32,000 nucleotides of DNA from contig NZ_JHXR01000014.1 of the NCBI RefSeq assembly GCF_000621645.1, positions 120,001-152,000 of the forward strand, in the 5' to 3' direction. A program made the position numbers and the translations under genes. This stretch comes from Vibrio cholerae ATCC 14035 (GTDB taxonomy: Bacteria > Pseudomonadota > Gammaproteobacteria > Enterobacterales > Vibrionaceae). Positions 8,839 to 19,471 of this stretch are shown here, in pieces. Position 1 is the first letter of the stretch; the number at the start of each line of letters is the position of its first letter. Below the pieces are notes generated by a model, which saw only the letters and a program-made list of their open reading frames with translations, had not been told where the DNA came from and did no database searches.

Positions 8839-10380
8839 ATGGTTACGTATTCAACTTTTATTGTTATCGCGATTTATCTCATATTGACCATACTAATCAG
8901 CTGGTTTGTTAACCAGAGGAGTATTGGGAATACTGATTTTTCAACTGGTGGAAGACAGTTTGGGTGGTTTACCGCAGGCGTTTCTATTTTAGCGACATAC
9001 ATCAGTGCTATGACTTTTATTGGTATGCCTGGATGGGTTTATCAATCGGGTATGGAAGCGTTAAACATCCATTTGAATTATCCGATAGTCATTTTTTTCG
9101 CAGTTGTATTTTTTATCCCCGTTTTTTATCGAATGGGTTTTACGTCCATTTATGAATACTTAGAACACCGCTTTGGTGTTTATGCTCGAACCATTAACTC
9201 CGTGGTATTCATATTGGTTCAATGTATTTCGTCTGGAGTTATTCTTTATGCTATTGCATTGATTTTAATTCAGATTTTACCCATATCTATTGTTGAAGCG
9301 ATTGTTTACATCACTTTATTTACGGCTTGTTATACCTATGCTGGTGGTATCTCGACCGTTATCTGGACGGATATGTTGCAGTCAGCAGTATTAATTGCAG
9401 GGAGTGTGGCAATCTTCGTTCTACTCCTCCTTCAAGTCGATGGGGTACATGGAGTATCTCGGGAGCAACTGAATATCATCAATCTTCAGTTCGATTTGGG
9501 TGTCGACACCACATTGTGGGCGGGAGTGGTGGCTGTCAGTTTCTTACACATGAGTGTGTACGGTACCAATCAATTGATCATCCAAAGAACATTAGCCACG
9601 AGATGTGAAAAAACGGCACAAAAGTCGATGTTACTGTGCGGTTATGGTGCTTTTTTTATTTACTTCTTTTTCGCTTTGCTTGGCGTCTTATTGAGCATTT
9701 TTTATCAAGAGCGACATTTTACAAACAGTAATGAAGTGATACTTGATTTTGTGTTTCACCATACAAACCCTTGGGTGATAGGTTTAATTATTTCTGCGCT
9801 AGCTGCGGCGGCAATGTCCACTCTGGACTCTACCTATAATTCGATGGCAACCGTTGCGACGTTTGATCTTTATCAGCGCTTTATTCGACGAAATGCACCT
9901 GACCATCACTATCAAGCGGTCGCTCGTAAAATGAGTTTGGTGGCCGCAGGCTTAGTGGTGATACCTGCTTTGCTCGCGGTATCGAATGAGTCAGTGCTTA
10001 AAACGATCGCGAGTTTAACCTCGATTTTTGTTGGTATCCGCCTAGGCTCATTTGTTCTTGGTCTTTTTTCAAATCAAGCCAATGAGAAAGGAGTTATCGC
10101 CGGCAGCATAATCAGTATCGCCGCCGTGCTTGGCGCTAGACTCATGGATATTGCTTGGCCTTGGTTTGCTCCTATAGGAACCGTGTTTTTCTTGGTATCC
10201 GGAGTGGTGATAAGCCGATACTGGGGCGATAATTCTATTCAACAGCAAGCGTTTATTGCGCGTCAGAAGCATCTCTTCGCAACGCCGACGATGAGCCAGT
10301 ATGGTTTGTTGGTTTTCGCGGCTGTGACAATTGCGGTTTGTGCCATCATACCTGATTGGCTTTATAACGCTTTATCTTAA
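8839..10380 (+). CDS. Sodium:solute symporter (SSS) family transporter
   Basis: The 513-aa polytopic membrane protein has an SSS-like N-terminal region (GGRQFGWFTAGVSILATYISAMTFIGMPGWVY). It ends 10 nt before sdaA. Confidence 0.85.
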   Translation: MVTYSTFIVIAIYLILTILISWFVNQRSIGNTDFSTGGRQFGWFTAGVSILATYISAMTFIGMPGWVYQSGMEALNIHLNYPIVIFFAVVFFIPVFYRMGFTSIYEYLEHRFGVYARTINSVVFILVQCISSGVILYAIALILIQILPISIVEAIVYITLFTACYTYAGGISTVIWTDMLQSAVLIAGSVAIFVLLLLQVDGVHGVSREQLNIINLQFDLGVDTTLWAGVVAVSFLHMSVYGTNQLIIQRTLATRCEKTAQKSMLLCGYGAFFIYFFFALLGVLLSIFYQERHFTNSNEVILDFVFHHTNPWVIGLIISALAAAAMSTLDSTYNSMATVATFDLYQRFIRRNAPDHHYQAVARKMSLVAAGLVVIPALLAVSNESVLKTIASLTSIFVGIRLGSFVLGLFSNQANEKGVIAGSIISIAAVLGARLMDIAWPWFAPIGTVFFLVSGVVISRYWGDNSIQQQAFIARQKHLFATPTMSQYGLLVFAAVTIAVCAIIPDWLYNALS

Positions 10381-10390
10381 GGGGAAAGTT

Positions 10391-11761
10391 ATGCTCTCAA
10401 TCTTTGATATTTACAAAATTGGGGTTGGCCCTTCCAGCTCGCATACCAATGGGCCGATGATTGCAGGTTACCGTTTTGTGCAGCAGTTATTGCCACAGCT
10501 GAATAAAGTTGCTCGCATACAAGTGGATCTGTATGGCTCGCTGTCTTTAACGGGGAAAGGGCACCACACTGATCGTGCGACCTTACTGGGCTTAATGGGG
10601 AATCAACCTGCCACCATCAAGATTGGTGACGCTAATCAGACTCTACGTGAAGCGTTGCAAACGGGTAAGTTGCGTCTCAATGGTCAGCATGACATTGCCT
10701 TCGATTACCATCAGGATCTTCTTTTTCATCAAGATAATCTGCCGCTGCACGAAAATGGTATGACGTTGAGCGCGTTTGATACTCAAGGACAACAGATTGA
10801 TTTTGAAACCTATTATTCAGTCGGTGGTGGCTTTGTTGCGACCGCTGAGCAGTTGCAAAATGGTACCGCGACCGCCGATGTGACGGTGACTTACCCCTTT
10901 ACCAGTGCCGATGAAATGCTGCACCAAGCTGAAAAACATGGTTTGAGTTTAGGCGGAATGATTTTGCGCAATGAACTGGCTTTTCAAGAGATGGCGGTGA
11001 TTGATGCCAAGGCCGATCAAATCTGGCGAGTGATGAGCCAGTGTATGGAGCGTGGTTTTGCGACCGAAGGCATTTTAGAAGGGGGATTAAATGTCACTCG
11101 CCGTGCGCCGAGTTTGCTGAAAAAACTTGAAGCCAATGCGGCGATTGAAAATGATCCGATGGAAGTGATGGATTGGATTAACCTCTTTGCTTTTGCGGTG
11201 AGTGAGGAGAATGCCGCTGGTGGACAAGTGGTGACATCGCCCACCAATGGAGCCGCGGGCGTCATCCCTGCAGTTTTGATGTATTACCACCGTTTTATCA
11301 AAGCGCTCGATACCAAGCAGCTTAAGGATTTTCTCGCTGTGTCTGGCGCGATCGGTATCTTGTATAAAACCAATGCCTCCATTTCCGGTGCTGAAGTTGG
11401 GTGTCAGGGTGAAGTGGGCGTTTCTTCCTCCATGGCCGCCGCAGGCTTAACGGCTTTGCGTGGTGGCAGTAATGAGCAAATCTGCATGGCGGCAGAAATT
11501 GCTATGGAACACTCATTAGGGATGACCTGCGACCCGATAGGCGGTTTGGTGCAAGTGCCTTGTATTGAGCGTAACGCGATGGGTGCAGTGAAAGCGATAA
11601 ATGCTTCGCGCATGGCGCTCAAGCGAACCAGTAAGTGTCTGATTTCACTCGACAAGGTGATTGAAACCATGTATCAGACTGGGAAAGATATGAATAAAAA
11701 ATACCGCGAAACTTCGCTCGGAGGATTGGCGCTAATCCATCTCGCGCCCCCTTGTGAATAA
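10391..11761 (+). CDS. sdaA: L-serine dehydratase (iron-sulfur, single-chain)
   Basis: The N-terminus [23 protein letters not shown] closely matches E. coli SdaA as recalled. The ATG at 10391 is preceded by AAGGGGAAAG. The track start at 10331 is an upstream non-ATG extension that overlaps the transporter. Confidence 0.92.
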   Translation: MLSIFDIYKIGVGPSSSHTNGPMIAGYRFVQQLLPQLNKVARIQVDLYGSLSLTGKGHHTDRATLLGLMGNQPATIKIGDANQTLREALQTGKLRLNGQHDIAFDYHQDLLFHQDNLPLHENGMTLSAFDTQGQQIDFETYYSVGGGFVATAEQLQNGTATADVTVTYPFTSADEMLHQAEKHGLSLGGMILRNELAFQEMAVIDAKADQIWRVMSQCMERGFATEGILEGGLNVTRRAPSLLKKLEANAAIENDPMEVMDWINLFAFAVSEENAAGGQVVTSPTNGAAGVIPAVLMYYHRFIKALDTKQLKDFLAVSGAIGILYKTNASISGAEVGCQGEVGVSSSMAAAGLTALRGGSNEQICMAAEIAMEHSLGMTCDPIGGLVQVPCIERNAMGAVKAINASRMALKRTSKCLISLDKVIETMYQTGKDMNKKYRETSLGGLALIHLAPPCE

Positions 11762-11808
11762 TCCAGAATTGGACATGTTTTTACGAGTTGCTTATACGAC
11801 TCAAAAAG

Positions 11809-11834
11809 AAAAGGGCGTGATTTCACGCCCTTTT
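11809..11834. terminator. Bidirectional rho-independent terminator (sdaA / dcuC convergent)
   Basis: AAAAGGGCGTGA-tt-TCACGCCCTTTT forms the stem, with an A-run upstream and a T-run downstream. Confidence 0.75.
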
Positions 11835-11858
11835 GAATGTCGGTCATAACACGGACAG

Positions 11859-13226
11859 TTAAGCGTGCATGGGTACCAGCACCATAGTACCGATGATCAC
11901 CGTAACAAGGCCCAGTAACACAGGCACAGAAGTACGCTTTACCACTTCGAATGGGCTGATTTTACCCATACCCGCGGTAGCTACTACCACACCAGAAACC
12001 GGAGAAATGGTACGGCCAAGGTTGGAGGCTTGCAGCATAGGAATAATCAGGAATGCGGGGTTGAGTCCCATTTTCGCAGCCAGTGACGGAGCCAATTCCA
12101 CAAACGCATAGAAAGGCGCGTTGCCTGAGCCGGTGGCAATCGCAGCGGCGACGGTTAAACCAGTCAGAATCAACATCAGAGCAATACCGCCAGCCCCCGC
12201 TACTTCTGCTAAGTGCAGTAGGTTGTCAATCGCACCAATCGACATCAAACCTTGTGCAAATACGCCTGCTGCAACCAACAACATGACTACGCCTTTAAAG
12301 GCATCCGCCATGCCTTCGTAACAGGCTTCAAGATCTTCCAATGTTTGCTTACCGTTGAAACGTTTAGTGATGTAGTCGACCAGCACGCCAATGAAAATTG
12401 ACAGTACAACGATGGTATAGATATCCAGCGTAATGCCAGGCAGCGTTTCACCATTGAACACAAACACACCGATGATGGGTAAGAATGGCAGGACTGCATA
12501 ATAGGCTGGTGATTTAACCTCCATTTCCGACAAATCCACTTTCTCCATTGGTGTATTATCTTTTTTATCAAGGTATTGGTTCCAGAAATACGCGGCGGCC
12601 GCCATCACAATGATCGCGCAGATCGAAACAGGCAATACGGTTTCTACGGCGAATACGTGCAATGGCAAACCGGATTTTTCTGCCGCAATGACCACGTCAC
12701 CAGAGGTAGGAGAGAGAATGATCGCAGCCGGAGAGGCACACACCGCTACCGCCGCAGGGCGAGAAATGCCCATCGCGGTCATCATTGGGAATAAGGTCGC
12801 CATTAATAACACGCCAAGGCCGGTGGCTGAACTCACGGCCAGAGACATCAAACAGGCAACAAGATAGGCCGCGACCAACAAGATGTAGGGTGATTTAATA
12901 AAAGAGAGTGGTTTAGAAAACTGTTTTACCACTACGTTGTTGGCACCGATGTGCGTCATGTATGACGCAAAACCACACAGCAACATAATTTGCATACCTA
13001 AGCCGCCGCCACGGTTTTGCAGCATGTATTTCACATACTCCATTGCATCGGTGAGTAGGTTACCGGTTGATTCCATCTGTCCAGGTAGGACTTTGTGTCC
13101 CAAGATACCGGTTAAAATGAGTAGCAAAATCCCTGCGGTGAGTAGGATACCCGCAGGCTTATAGCCTTTAACGATGAAATAGCCGACCGCAAAGGTCACG
13201 ACTAAGCCAATCAGAAGCTCAAGCAT
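11859..13226 (-). CDS. dcuC: Anaerobic C4-dicarboxylate transporter, DcuC family
   Basis: The polytopic product begins MLELLIGLVVTFAVGYFIVKGYKPAGILL, which parallels the E. coli DcuC N-terminus. The ATG at 13226 has a GGAG SD. The track start at 13238 is a TTG four codons upstream. Confidence 0.85.
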   Translation of the reverse strand: MLELLIGLVVTFAVGYFIVKGYKPAGILLTAGILLLILTGILGHKVLPGQMESTGNLLTDAMEYVKYMLQNRGGGLGMQIMLLCGFASYMTHIGANNVVVKQFSKPLSFIKSPYILLVAAYLVACLMSLAVSSATGLGVLLMATLFPMMTAMGISRPAAVAVCASPAAIILSPTSGDVVIAAEKSGLPLHVFAVETVLPVSICAIIVMAAAAYFWNQYLDKKDNTPMEKVDLSEMEVKSPAYYAVLPFLPIIGVFVFNGETLPGITLDIYTIVVLSIFIGVLVDYITKRFNGKQTLEDLEACYEGMADAFKGVVMLLVAAGVFAQGLMSIGAIDNLLHLAEVAGAGGIALMLILTGLTVAAAIATGSGNAPFYAFVELAPSLAAKMGLNPAFLIIPMLQASNLGRTISPVSGVVVATAGMGKISPFEVVKRTSVPVLLGLVTVIIGTMVLVPMHA

Positions 13227-13587
13227 AGCAATCTCCAAAAATGTCCGTTTATTTCAAACTGTAAAATGTATGTCAGGAATTTACTGAAAATTAATTTGTA
13301 GCACGAGTTCAACTTGCACTTTGCATGATCTAAAGCAATAAAAGTATCAATTAATATTGGTGATTAATTCTTGTTAAAGGCGGATTTTATTTGAATTGAT
13401 CTGTCTTTTGGTTAGATTGTTGGTTATTTGCTCTGTGAATGGGTGTTTTTACGATGATGGCATGACAAGGATGGATAAAACTTGTTCTATGGATAGCAGA
13501 GCATGCTACAACGTTTCATCAAGAAGCTGGATCGCAGCTGGCTCGCGGTTTTATGTATGCTCACCTCAGTCACACAGAGAAAAAGAA

Positions 13588-13609
13588 GAAAGGCTCATAA
13601 GAGCCTTTC
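13588..13609 (-). terminator. Rho-independent terminator of the MCP gene
   Basis: GAAAGGCTC-ataa-GAGCCTTTC forms the stem. On the minus strand it is followed by TTCTTCTTTTTCTC. It lies 23 nt past the stop. Confidence 0.75.
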
Positions 13610-13631
13610 TGTGAGTTCAGGAAAGTCAAGC

Positions 13632-15395
13632 TCAGTCACGATTGGTGCGAAACTCTGCAACCGCTTCATCCATGGCATGGGCTTGGCGTGACACTGTATC
13701 GACCTCAGTAAGACATTGCTGTGCGGAGCGCATATTGTTTTCTGAAATCGTGTTCAGCTCAGCAATTGACTCACTGACATGGTTCATCACACTGCCTTGT
13801 TCTTCAATCGCTGCCGCGATGCGCTGTGAGTTATCTTGAATCGTATGCATGTCACGCAGGATCTGCTGCAAGCTTTCATCAAGTTGACGAGAGGCGCTTA
13901 GTGTTTCCTGACCTTGGTTGTTACACAAATCAATGTCATCGACCACTTGACTCATTTGTGACTGGATATTGGAGACAACGCGGGTGATCTCTTCCGTCGA
14001 TTGATGGGTACGAGTCGCGAGTGAGCGTACTTCATCGGCGACCACCGCAAAACCGCGTCCTTGTTCACCGGCACGTGCGGCTTCAATCGCGGCGTTTAAG
14101 GCGAGTAGGTTAGTTTGTTCTGCAATCCCTTGAATGATGCTCACCGCACCACCGATTTTTTCAACAAAGGCATTCAATGAGCCGATAGAGTGTTGGCTTT
14201 TCTGTAGGGTAGAGGAGAGTAAGTCAATGTTTTTCACCGTAGTCACCACCACGCTGCGGCCTTGTTCCGCATTGCGCGCTGCCTGATTAACGCCATCGAC
14301 AGCAATGTTAGTGCTTTCCGAAATCTCACTAATGGTCGATACCATCTGTTGTACCGATGTCGCCATCAAGCCCATGTGTTCAGATTGAACATTAAATTGC
14401 TCAATCACTTGCTCAAGCTCGTCATGCATGCTCGAAGTGCTGCTGTACAATTGGTGAGATTTGGTCTGTGAACTGCTGATCAAATGCTCAAATTTATCCA
14501 ACAGGCTATTGAAATAGCGCGCCACGGCGGTGATTTCATCATTCCCTTTGAGCTCGGCGCGCAGAGAAATGTCGTTAGATTGCGCAATTCGTTGAATAAC
14601 CAGCAACAATTGACTGACTTGTAAATTGATTGAGCGGCTGATTTGGAAAATCACCAACAAAATAATCAACACCACAGCGATGGTCACTGAAAGTTTAGTG
14701 GTGGTCATTGTTTTCTGTTTATCATCAACCGCTTGAGTTAGGGTTTTAGAGAAGGCTTTAAACATCTCTTCGACATCGTGAGAGTGAGAACGCGTGGCAC
14801 CCAGTAAGCCTTCGTTGTATTTCAAGCCGATCACTTTTGCCTGGTTCACCACGGCTTGAGCGGATTTGATCAGGTCAGAAAATTGGTTCAACGCGCTTGA
14901 GTTGGCGGAGCCTGCTAATACCTGCTGATGGAAATCCACTAGGGCTAATAGCTCTTCTGCGGAAGCTTGTTGTTTGGCTTGCTCGAGCGCCTGATAGTAG
15001 CTTTTCCACAAGCCACTTTCCGGATTAAGGCCGAGGGTTTGATAGGCACGCACCAACTGTTCAAAACCCTGTTTGTATTCCAGTAGGTCAGTACGTAAAG
15101 CGTTGGAGTCACCCAGCTCATATTTGAGCATGATGGCATCGAGTTCAGTTTGTAAATTGAGGAACAGGTCAGTATTTTTTTGAAAGGTATCCAGATATTT
15201 GGCATCGCTACGCAATAAAAAGTCTTTTTCGTTGCGTCTTAAATTGAGTAACCTGACTTCCAGTTTATCGACTTGATTGATAGCTCGATTAAGTTCATCG
15301 TTGGTCTGGGCAAACTGTGAGGTTGTAAAGAAAATGGCGATGGAGCCCAGTATGGCAATAATGCCTAAAGTATAAAGTTTATGGCGAATATTCAT
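13632..15395 (-). CDS. Methyl-accepting chemotaxis protein with large helical periplasmic sensor domain
   Basis: The 587-aa product has two TM segments, a HAMP domain and the invariant signalling hairpin [34 protein letters not shown]. Confidence 0.92.
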   Translation of the reverse strand: MNIRHKLYTLGIIAILGSIAIFFTTSQFAQTNDELNRAINQVDKLEVRLLNLRRNEKDFLLRSDAKYLDTFQKNTDLFLNLQTELDAIMLKYELGDSNALRTDLLEYKQGFEQLVRAYQTLGLNPESGLWKSYYQALEQAKQQASAEELLALVDFHQQVLAGSANSSALNQFSDLIKSAQAVVNQAKVIGLKYNEGLLGATRSHSHDVEEMFKAFSKTLTQAVDDKQKTMTTTKLSVTIAVVLIILLVIFQISRSINLQVSQLLLVIQRIAQSNDISLRAELKGNDEITAVARYFNSLLDKFEHLISSSQTKSHQLYSSTSSMHDELEQVIEQFNVQSEHMGLMATSVQQMVSTISEISESTNIAVDGVNQAARNAEQGRSVVVTTVKNIDLLSSTLQKSQHSIGSLNAFVEKIGGAVSIIQGIAEQTNLLALNAAIEAARAGEQGRGFAVVADEVRSLATRTHQSTEEITRVVSNIQSQMSQVVDDIDLCNNQGQETLSASRQLDESLQQILRDMHTIQDNSQRIAAAIEEQGSVMNHVSESIAELNTISENNMRSAQQCLTEVDTVSRQAHAMDEAVAEFRTNRD

Positions 15396-15541
15396 GGTGT
15401 TACCTACTTGTTATTTTTATTCCATTGACATCCCATCAACGAGATAGGTGTCTGAGTGCAATGCGTGCAGCAGTGTACTGAGAATAATGAAACTATCAAT
15501 ACTAGTGTCGTTCATCGCTTTCAGCTTTATATGAAATATTA

Positions 15542-16180
15542 ATGACAAATTTATTACAAAAAATTGGAGATGCTGTGACTGTTGTCAACTTTAGCCTTTA
15601 TGAAGGATTCATATTTGATATGGATGGAACCCTGCTTGATACCATGCCTGCGCATTTAGCCGCTTGGGAAGCGACGGCGAAGCATTTTGACTTCCCATTT
15701 GATGCCCAGTGGCTCTATGGATTAGGTGGGATGCCAAGTGCAAAAATTACGACGCACATCAATAAAAAATTAGGCTTGGCGCTCGATCCCGATCGCGTCG
15801 CAGCCTACAAAATGGATTGGTTTGCCAGCATGGGGCTGCAAGCGGAAGTGATCCCCGCCACCTATGAATTACTCTACCAATGGCAGGGTAAGAAGAAAAT
15901 GGCAATAGGGACGGGGAGCCAACGTGATAGCGCGCTGCGTTTATTAAGTAATGCGCAGGTGTTGGATAAATTTGATGCAGTTGTGACGGCCAGCGATGTG
16001 CAACAGCACAAACCGCACCCCGAAACCTTTCTGATGGCGTGTGAGCAACTCGGCTTGACACCTAAACAGTGTTTGGTGTTTGAAGATACCCAATTAGGAC
16101 TTCAGGCAGCGCACGCGGGTGGGATGGATTGCATGCTAGTGACCGAGCAAGGATTGGTTTTCTACCCCTTTGCTCATTGA
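15542..16180 (+). CDS. HAD-superfamily sugar-phosphate phosphatase (beta-phosphoglucomutase-like, YqaB-type)
   Basis: It has HAD motif I FDMDGTLLDT, motif III (K...) and motif IV (FEDTQLGLQAAHAGGM). The product is 212 aa. Confidence 0.85.
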   Translation: MTNLLQKIGDAVTVVNFSLYEGFIFDMDGTLLDTMPAHLAAWEATAKHFDFPFDAQWLYGLGGMPSAKITTHINKKLGLALDPDRVAAYKMDWFASMGLQAEVIPATYELLYQWQGKKKMAIGTGSQRDSALRLLSNAQVLDKFDAVVTASDVQQHKPHPETFLMACEQLGLTPKQCLVFEDTQLGLQAAHAGGMDCMLVTEQGLVFYPFAH

Positions 16181-16207
16181 GGTAGGCAGAGCGTGAGCAT
16201 ATGAGAC

Positions 16208-16246
16208 AAAAAAGCGAGTGAAGGCACAGCGTTCACTCGCTTTTTG
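16208..16246. terminator. Bidirectional terminator (HAD gene / FKBP gene convergent)
   Basis: AGCGAGTGAA-ggcacagcg-TTCACTCGCT forms the stem, flanked by an A6 run and a T5 run. Confidence 0.75.
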
Positions 16247-16260
16247 TTCAACGTGAGAAC

Positions 16261-16734
16261 TTACTCAATCGCCAGTAGCTCGACGTCAAAGATCAGTACA
16301 GCAGAAGGTGGGATTGGGCCTGCGCCATTTTTGCCATAACCCAAGTTGCTTGGGATATAGAAGCGAGTCTTTTCACCGACTACCATCAGTTGCACGCCCT
16401 CTTGCCAACCTTTGATAACTTGATTCAAGCCAAAACTGATGGGTTCACCACGTTCAACCGAGCTATCAAACACCGTACCATCAAGCAACTCACCATGGTA
16501 ATGCACTTTCACGCGGCTTTTGGGCCCCGGATGTTCAGTCCCCGTTCCCGCCTGCAGCACTTCGTATTGCAAACCACTATCGGTAGTGATGACGTTTTCG
16601 CGTTGTCCATTCTCAGCCAAAAACTGCTGCCCAGCAGAAAAATTGGCATCTGCCGACTTATGATTAGTCCAAGTACGGTAAATCATGAAACCTGCGAGCA
16701 AGAAAACAACTAAAGGGATAATAATTTTCGACAT
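16261..16734 (-). CDS. FKBP-type peptidyl-prolyl cis-trans isomerase with N-terminal membrane anchor or signal
   Basis: The 157-aa product has the FKBP core VHYHGELLDGTVFDSS...FGLNQVIKGWQEG...IPSNLGYG...IPPSAVLIFDVELL. Its N-terminus is hydrophobic (IIIPLVVFLLAGFMIY). Confidence 0.88.
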   Translation of the reverse strand: MSKIIIPLVVFLLAGFMIYRTWTNHKSADANFSAGQQFLAENGQRENVITTDSGLQYEVLQAGTGTEHPGPKSRVKVHYHGELLDGTVFDSSVERGEPISFGLNQVIKGWQEGVQLMVVGEKTRFYIPSNLGYGKNGAGPIPPSAVLIFDVELLAIE

Positions 16735-16897
16735 AAAATGTTTGACGTCCTTTAACAGCGATGACTTTCCCCGTTTAACAGTTAGCAGAGACGCGAGTCG
16801 CCAGCTTTACTTATGAGGGAATAATGAATGGCGAACATTCTAACCACGGATTATGTGATGGCAAGCAACCCATTTGTAAATTGTTGTTGATGACAGA

Positions 16898-16923
16898 TAA
16901 AGTTTTTAGAAACATGCCGATAA
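16898..16923 (+). promoter_or_regulatory. Sigma28 (FliA)-type promoter TAAAGTTT-N10-GCCGATAA
   Basis: TAAAGTTT and GCCGATAA both match the enteric sigma28 consensus exactly. By my count the spacer is 1 nt shorter than TAAAGTTT-N11-GCCGATAA. The element ends 33 nt upstream of the lipoprotein ATG. Confidence 0.55.
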
Positions 16924-16955
16924 ACTATAAGAAGTTCAATAACTGAGTGTTTGAG

Positions 16956-17570
16956 ATGAAATTCTGGGTGTTGTGCGTGACGTTTTTGCTAACAGGATGT
17001 GGTTCGCTGGTGACTGACCGCATGTTTAACGACAATCTGCTCGATGTTGCCCCGAAAGGCGATTTCGATGTGCGTTATCCAGAGTGGGGTTACGCACCGC
17101 AAAAGAACACCAGTGTGATGTCCAATGCAATGACCCAGCAGCGTTCGGCCAGTTACGAAGATTTACGTCAGTATTTATTGAGTAACGGCATTCAGCATGA
17201 AGTGGTGCCGGGTGACTACCCGATGATTAAGTTGAACAATACCGTTCGGTTTGAAACAGGTTCAGCGAAAGTCTCTATGGCTTCCAAACAATGGTTAGAC
17301 ACGGTCGCTCGATTTCTCGCTACCGAGTCAGGGATTGATATTGTACTCGAAGGGCATACGGATAATACCGGTTCAGAGAAACTGAACGACAAGTTAGCCG
17401 AGCGACGGGCCAATGCGGTCAAAGCGGCTTTAGTACAGAGTCGAGTGGCACAAAATGCCATTTACACTCGTGGATTTGGTGAGAATGTTCCTGCGTGCAC
17501 CAACAGTACTAAGAATGGCCGAGCATGTAACCGCCGAGTAGAGATCCGTTTCATCCTCGCGTCTAATTAA
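16956..17570 (+). CDS. OmpA-C-like (peptidoglycan-binding) lipoprotein
   Basis: The signal peptide MKFWVLCVTFLLTGC carries the lipobox L-T-G-C. The C-terminal OmpA-like domain reads GHTDNTGSEKLNDKLAERRANAVKAAL...NRRVEI. The track start at 16947 is a GTG three codons upstream. Confidence 0.87.
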   Translation: MKFWVLCVTFLLTGCGSLVTDRMFNDNLLDVAPKGDFDVRYPEWGYAPQKNTSVMSNAMTQQRSASYEDLRQYLLSNGIQHEVVPGDYPMIKLNNTVRFETGSAKVSMASKQWLDTVARFLATESGIDIVLEGHTDNTGSEKLNDKLAERRANAVKAALVQSRVAQNAIYTRGFGENVPACTNSTKNGRACNRRVEIRFILASN

Positions 17571-17628
17571 GGTTAATATTCAGTGTCTCTCTTTTGAGAC
17601 TGTTCGCAGAACAAATCGAAATATCGCA

Positions 17629-17671
17629 AGAGTGGAATTTCATAGCATGAGGTTCCGCTCTTTATTCTTTT
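17629..17671 (+). terminator. Probable terminator after the OmpA-like gene
   Basis: AGAGTGGAA-N15-TTCCGCTCT forms a 9-bp stem with one G-U pair, followed by TTATTCTTTTC. Confidence 0.5.
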
Positions 17672-17803
17672 CTAAGTATTAACCCTAGTGTTTTTGATGT
17701 AATTCACGTTTGCGTTGCCCACGAGTCTCCAGAGTTTGAGTTTTTAATAACAAGTGTGTATACATTTGCGCTCATAAAAATAACCGAAGAACAACAAGCC
17801 GAA

Positions 17804-19366
17804 ATGTCAGCCTATACTCCCTCTGCTCAACAAGAAGTCCTTGTCGGCGACCATGACCAATTGGTATCAACGACGGATTTAAAAGGTGTCATCACCTACT
17901 GTAATGATACATTTTGTCGTATTGCTGGGTTCCAAGCCGATGAGCTGCTAGGAAAAAATCACAATATCGTTCGCCATGCTTCGATGCCGAAAGCGGCGTT
18001 TGCCGATATGTGGCACCACCTTAAGCAAGGGCATGCTTGGCGCGGAATCGTGAAGAATCGCACTAAATCCGGCGGGTTTTACTGGGTTGACGCCTATGTA
18101 ACGCCGATTTATCAACAAGGCCAACTTACAGGTTATCAATCGGTTCGGGTAAAAGCTGAGCGAAAGTGGGTAGAGATTGCCACCAAAGCCTACCAAGCGT
18201 TATTAGTGGCTGAAAAGGCCGGTAAAAAAATCCAATTTAAGCTGCATACTTCGCTGCGTTACGCCTTGTTGCTCGGTGCATTGATGTCACCAGCATTGGC
18301 ACATGGGTTTCAAGCTCCTGAACAGTGGCAATGGTTAGCCAGTCTTTTACCAGCGGGAGTATTAGGTTTGTTGTTTCGGCAAGAGCTAGTGCGTACCCCG
18401 CAACAGCTCAAACAGTGGCAAAACGAGTATGACAGTATCAGCCGTTTGATCTATTCGGGCGCTGATGCTTTTTCTGTTGCCGACTACCATCTAAAAATGG
18501 CTTCCGCTCGGATCCGTACCATTCTCGGTAGAATGATGGACTCGGCGCGTCCATTGGGTGAACTGGCCAATCAGCTGCATTTGACGACGCAAGAAGTGCA
18601 TCAAGCGTTGGCGGCACAAAACAGCAACATCCAAGCCGTAACGCAAGCCACCGATGCTGTCGAGAGCGCCGCTGAGCGGGTTTCGAGCCATACTCACTCG
18701 GCTCATCAATTGATTGATCAAGTGCAAAATCATTGTGCCGAGACCAAACACAGCATCAATGTCACCCATCAGAATTTACAGCGACTGGCTACGCAAGCTG
18801 AGAGTGCTGCCTTGACGACACTAAAACTGAGCGATCAAGCGCAGCAGGTCGGGCAATTAATGACTGAAATTGGCGGGATTGCTGAGCAAACCAATTTACT
18901 GGCGCTGAATGCTGCGATTGAAGCCGCTAGAGCGGGTGAACAAGGTCGAGGGTTCGCCGTTGTGGCGGATGAAGTGCGCGCATTATCGGCTCGTACTCAG
19001 CGTGCCACACAGCAGATCCAAACCAGCATTGATACTATGTTGTCCACTATTGAAGCGTGGCGAGGGGATATCACTGCAAGTCGTGATCAAACCGAGCAGT
19101 GCGCTCAAGATGCGAATACCACGCTGCAGCAGTTGCAGGATGTAGAATGCGTAATGAGTGACATGCTGCGAGTTATCGGTGAGGTCGCGAGTGCTGCGCA
19201 ACATCAACGTGAGCTCACCTGCGAGGTTAACCAACATATCCACTCTATCGCCAGTGTGGCAACGCAAAATTCCGCGGCCACCCATACCGTAGAACAGTTA
19301 GCGATGGCGATGAGCGGTAAAGTGGCAGAATTTGGAGCGCTTTCGAAGCAGTTTGCACAAAAATAG
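17804..19366 (+). CDS. aer: Aer-like aerotaxis/energy-taxis receptor (N-terminal PAS + MCP signalling domain)
   Basis: From the ATG at 17804 the PAS region reads [37 protein letters not shown]...[21 protein letters not shown]...[17 protein letters not shown]. It is collinear, residue for residue, with the E. coli Aer N-terminus as recalled. The C-terminal hairpin is [34 protein letters not shown]. There is no periplasmic domain. Confidence 0.9.
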   Translation: MSAYTPSAQQEVLVGDHDQLVSTTDLKGVITYCNDTFCRIAGFQADELLGKNHNIVRHASMPKAAFADMWHHLKQGHAWRGIVKNRTKSGGFYWVDAYVTPIYQQGQLTGYQSVRVKAERKWVEIATKAYQALLVAEKAGKKIQFKLHTSLRYALLLGALMSPALAHGFQAPEQWQWLASLLPAGVLGLLFRQELVRTPQQLKQWQNEYDSISRLIYSGADAFSVADYHLKMASARIRTILGRMMDSARPLGELANQLHLTTQEVHQALAAQNSNIQAVTQATDAVESAAERVSSHTHSAHQLIDQVQNHCAETKHSINVTHQNLQRLATQAESAALTTLKLSDQAQQVGQLMTEIGGIAEQTNLLALNAAIEAARAGEQGRGFAVVADEVRALSARTQRATQQIQTSIDTMLSTIEAWRGDITASRDQTEQCAQDANTTLQQLQDVECVMSDMLRVIGEVASAAQHQRELTCEVNQHIHSIASVATQNSAATHTVEQLAMAMSGKVAEFGALSKQFAQK

Positions 19367-19423
19367 GCTCGAGGAAGGGCATAGCCGATTCTGAGCCCAA
19401 AAGAAAAAAAAAGAGAAAAAGAC

Positions 19424-19448
19424 AAATGGCCACGTTATGTGGCCATTT
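19424..19448. terminator. Terminator between convergent aer-like gene and glpD
   Basis: AAATGGCCAC-gttat-GTGGCCATTT is a perfect 10-bp stem. On the minus strand it is followed by a long T-rich run, so it is strongest as the glpD terminator. Confidence 0.8.
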
Positions 19449-19471
19449 CAGTTTCAGCGAGTGCTTGGATT

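Noticed and set aside
10331-10390. Upstream extension of sdaA given in the ORF track
   Set aside because: The extension starts at a non-ATG codon inside the transporter gene. The ATG at 10391 has a strong SD and yields the canonical SdaA N-terminus.
13396-13691. Small ORFs 13396..13614 and 13503..13691 in the dcuC-MCP spacer
   Set aside because: Neither has a convincing SD. The translations are Cys/Arg-rich and low-complexity. Both overlap the MCP terminator hairpin, and the second overlaps the MCP 3' end.
14040-14140. Possible inverted DNA repeat between the two chemoreceptor genes (14040-14140 versus 18870-18970)
   Set aside because: The shared peptide [34 protein letters not shown] is encoded with different codons in the two genes. 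This is protein-level conservation of the MCP hairpin tip, not a repeat element or recombination scar.
19395-19422. Long A-rich tract (AAAAGAAAAAAAAAGAGAAAAAG) as a possible slippage or phase-variation tract
   Set aside because: It is intergenic, and its complement supplies the U-run of the glpD terminator. No coding frame is affected.
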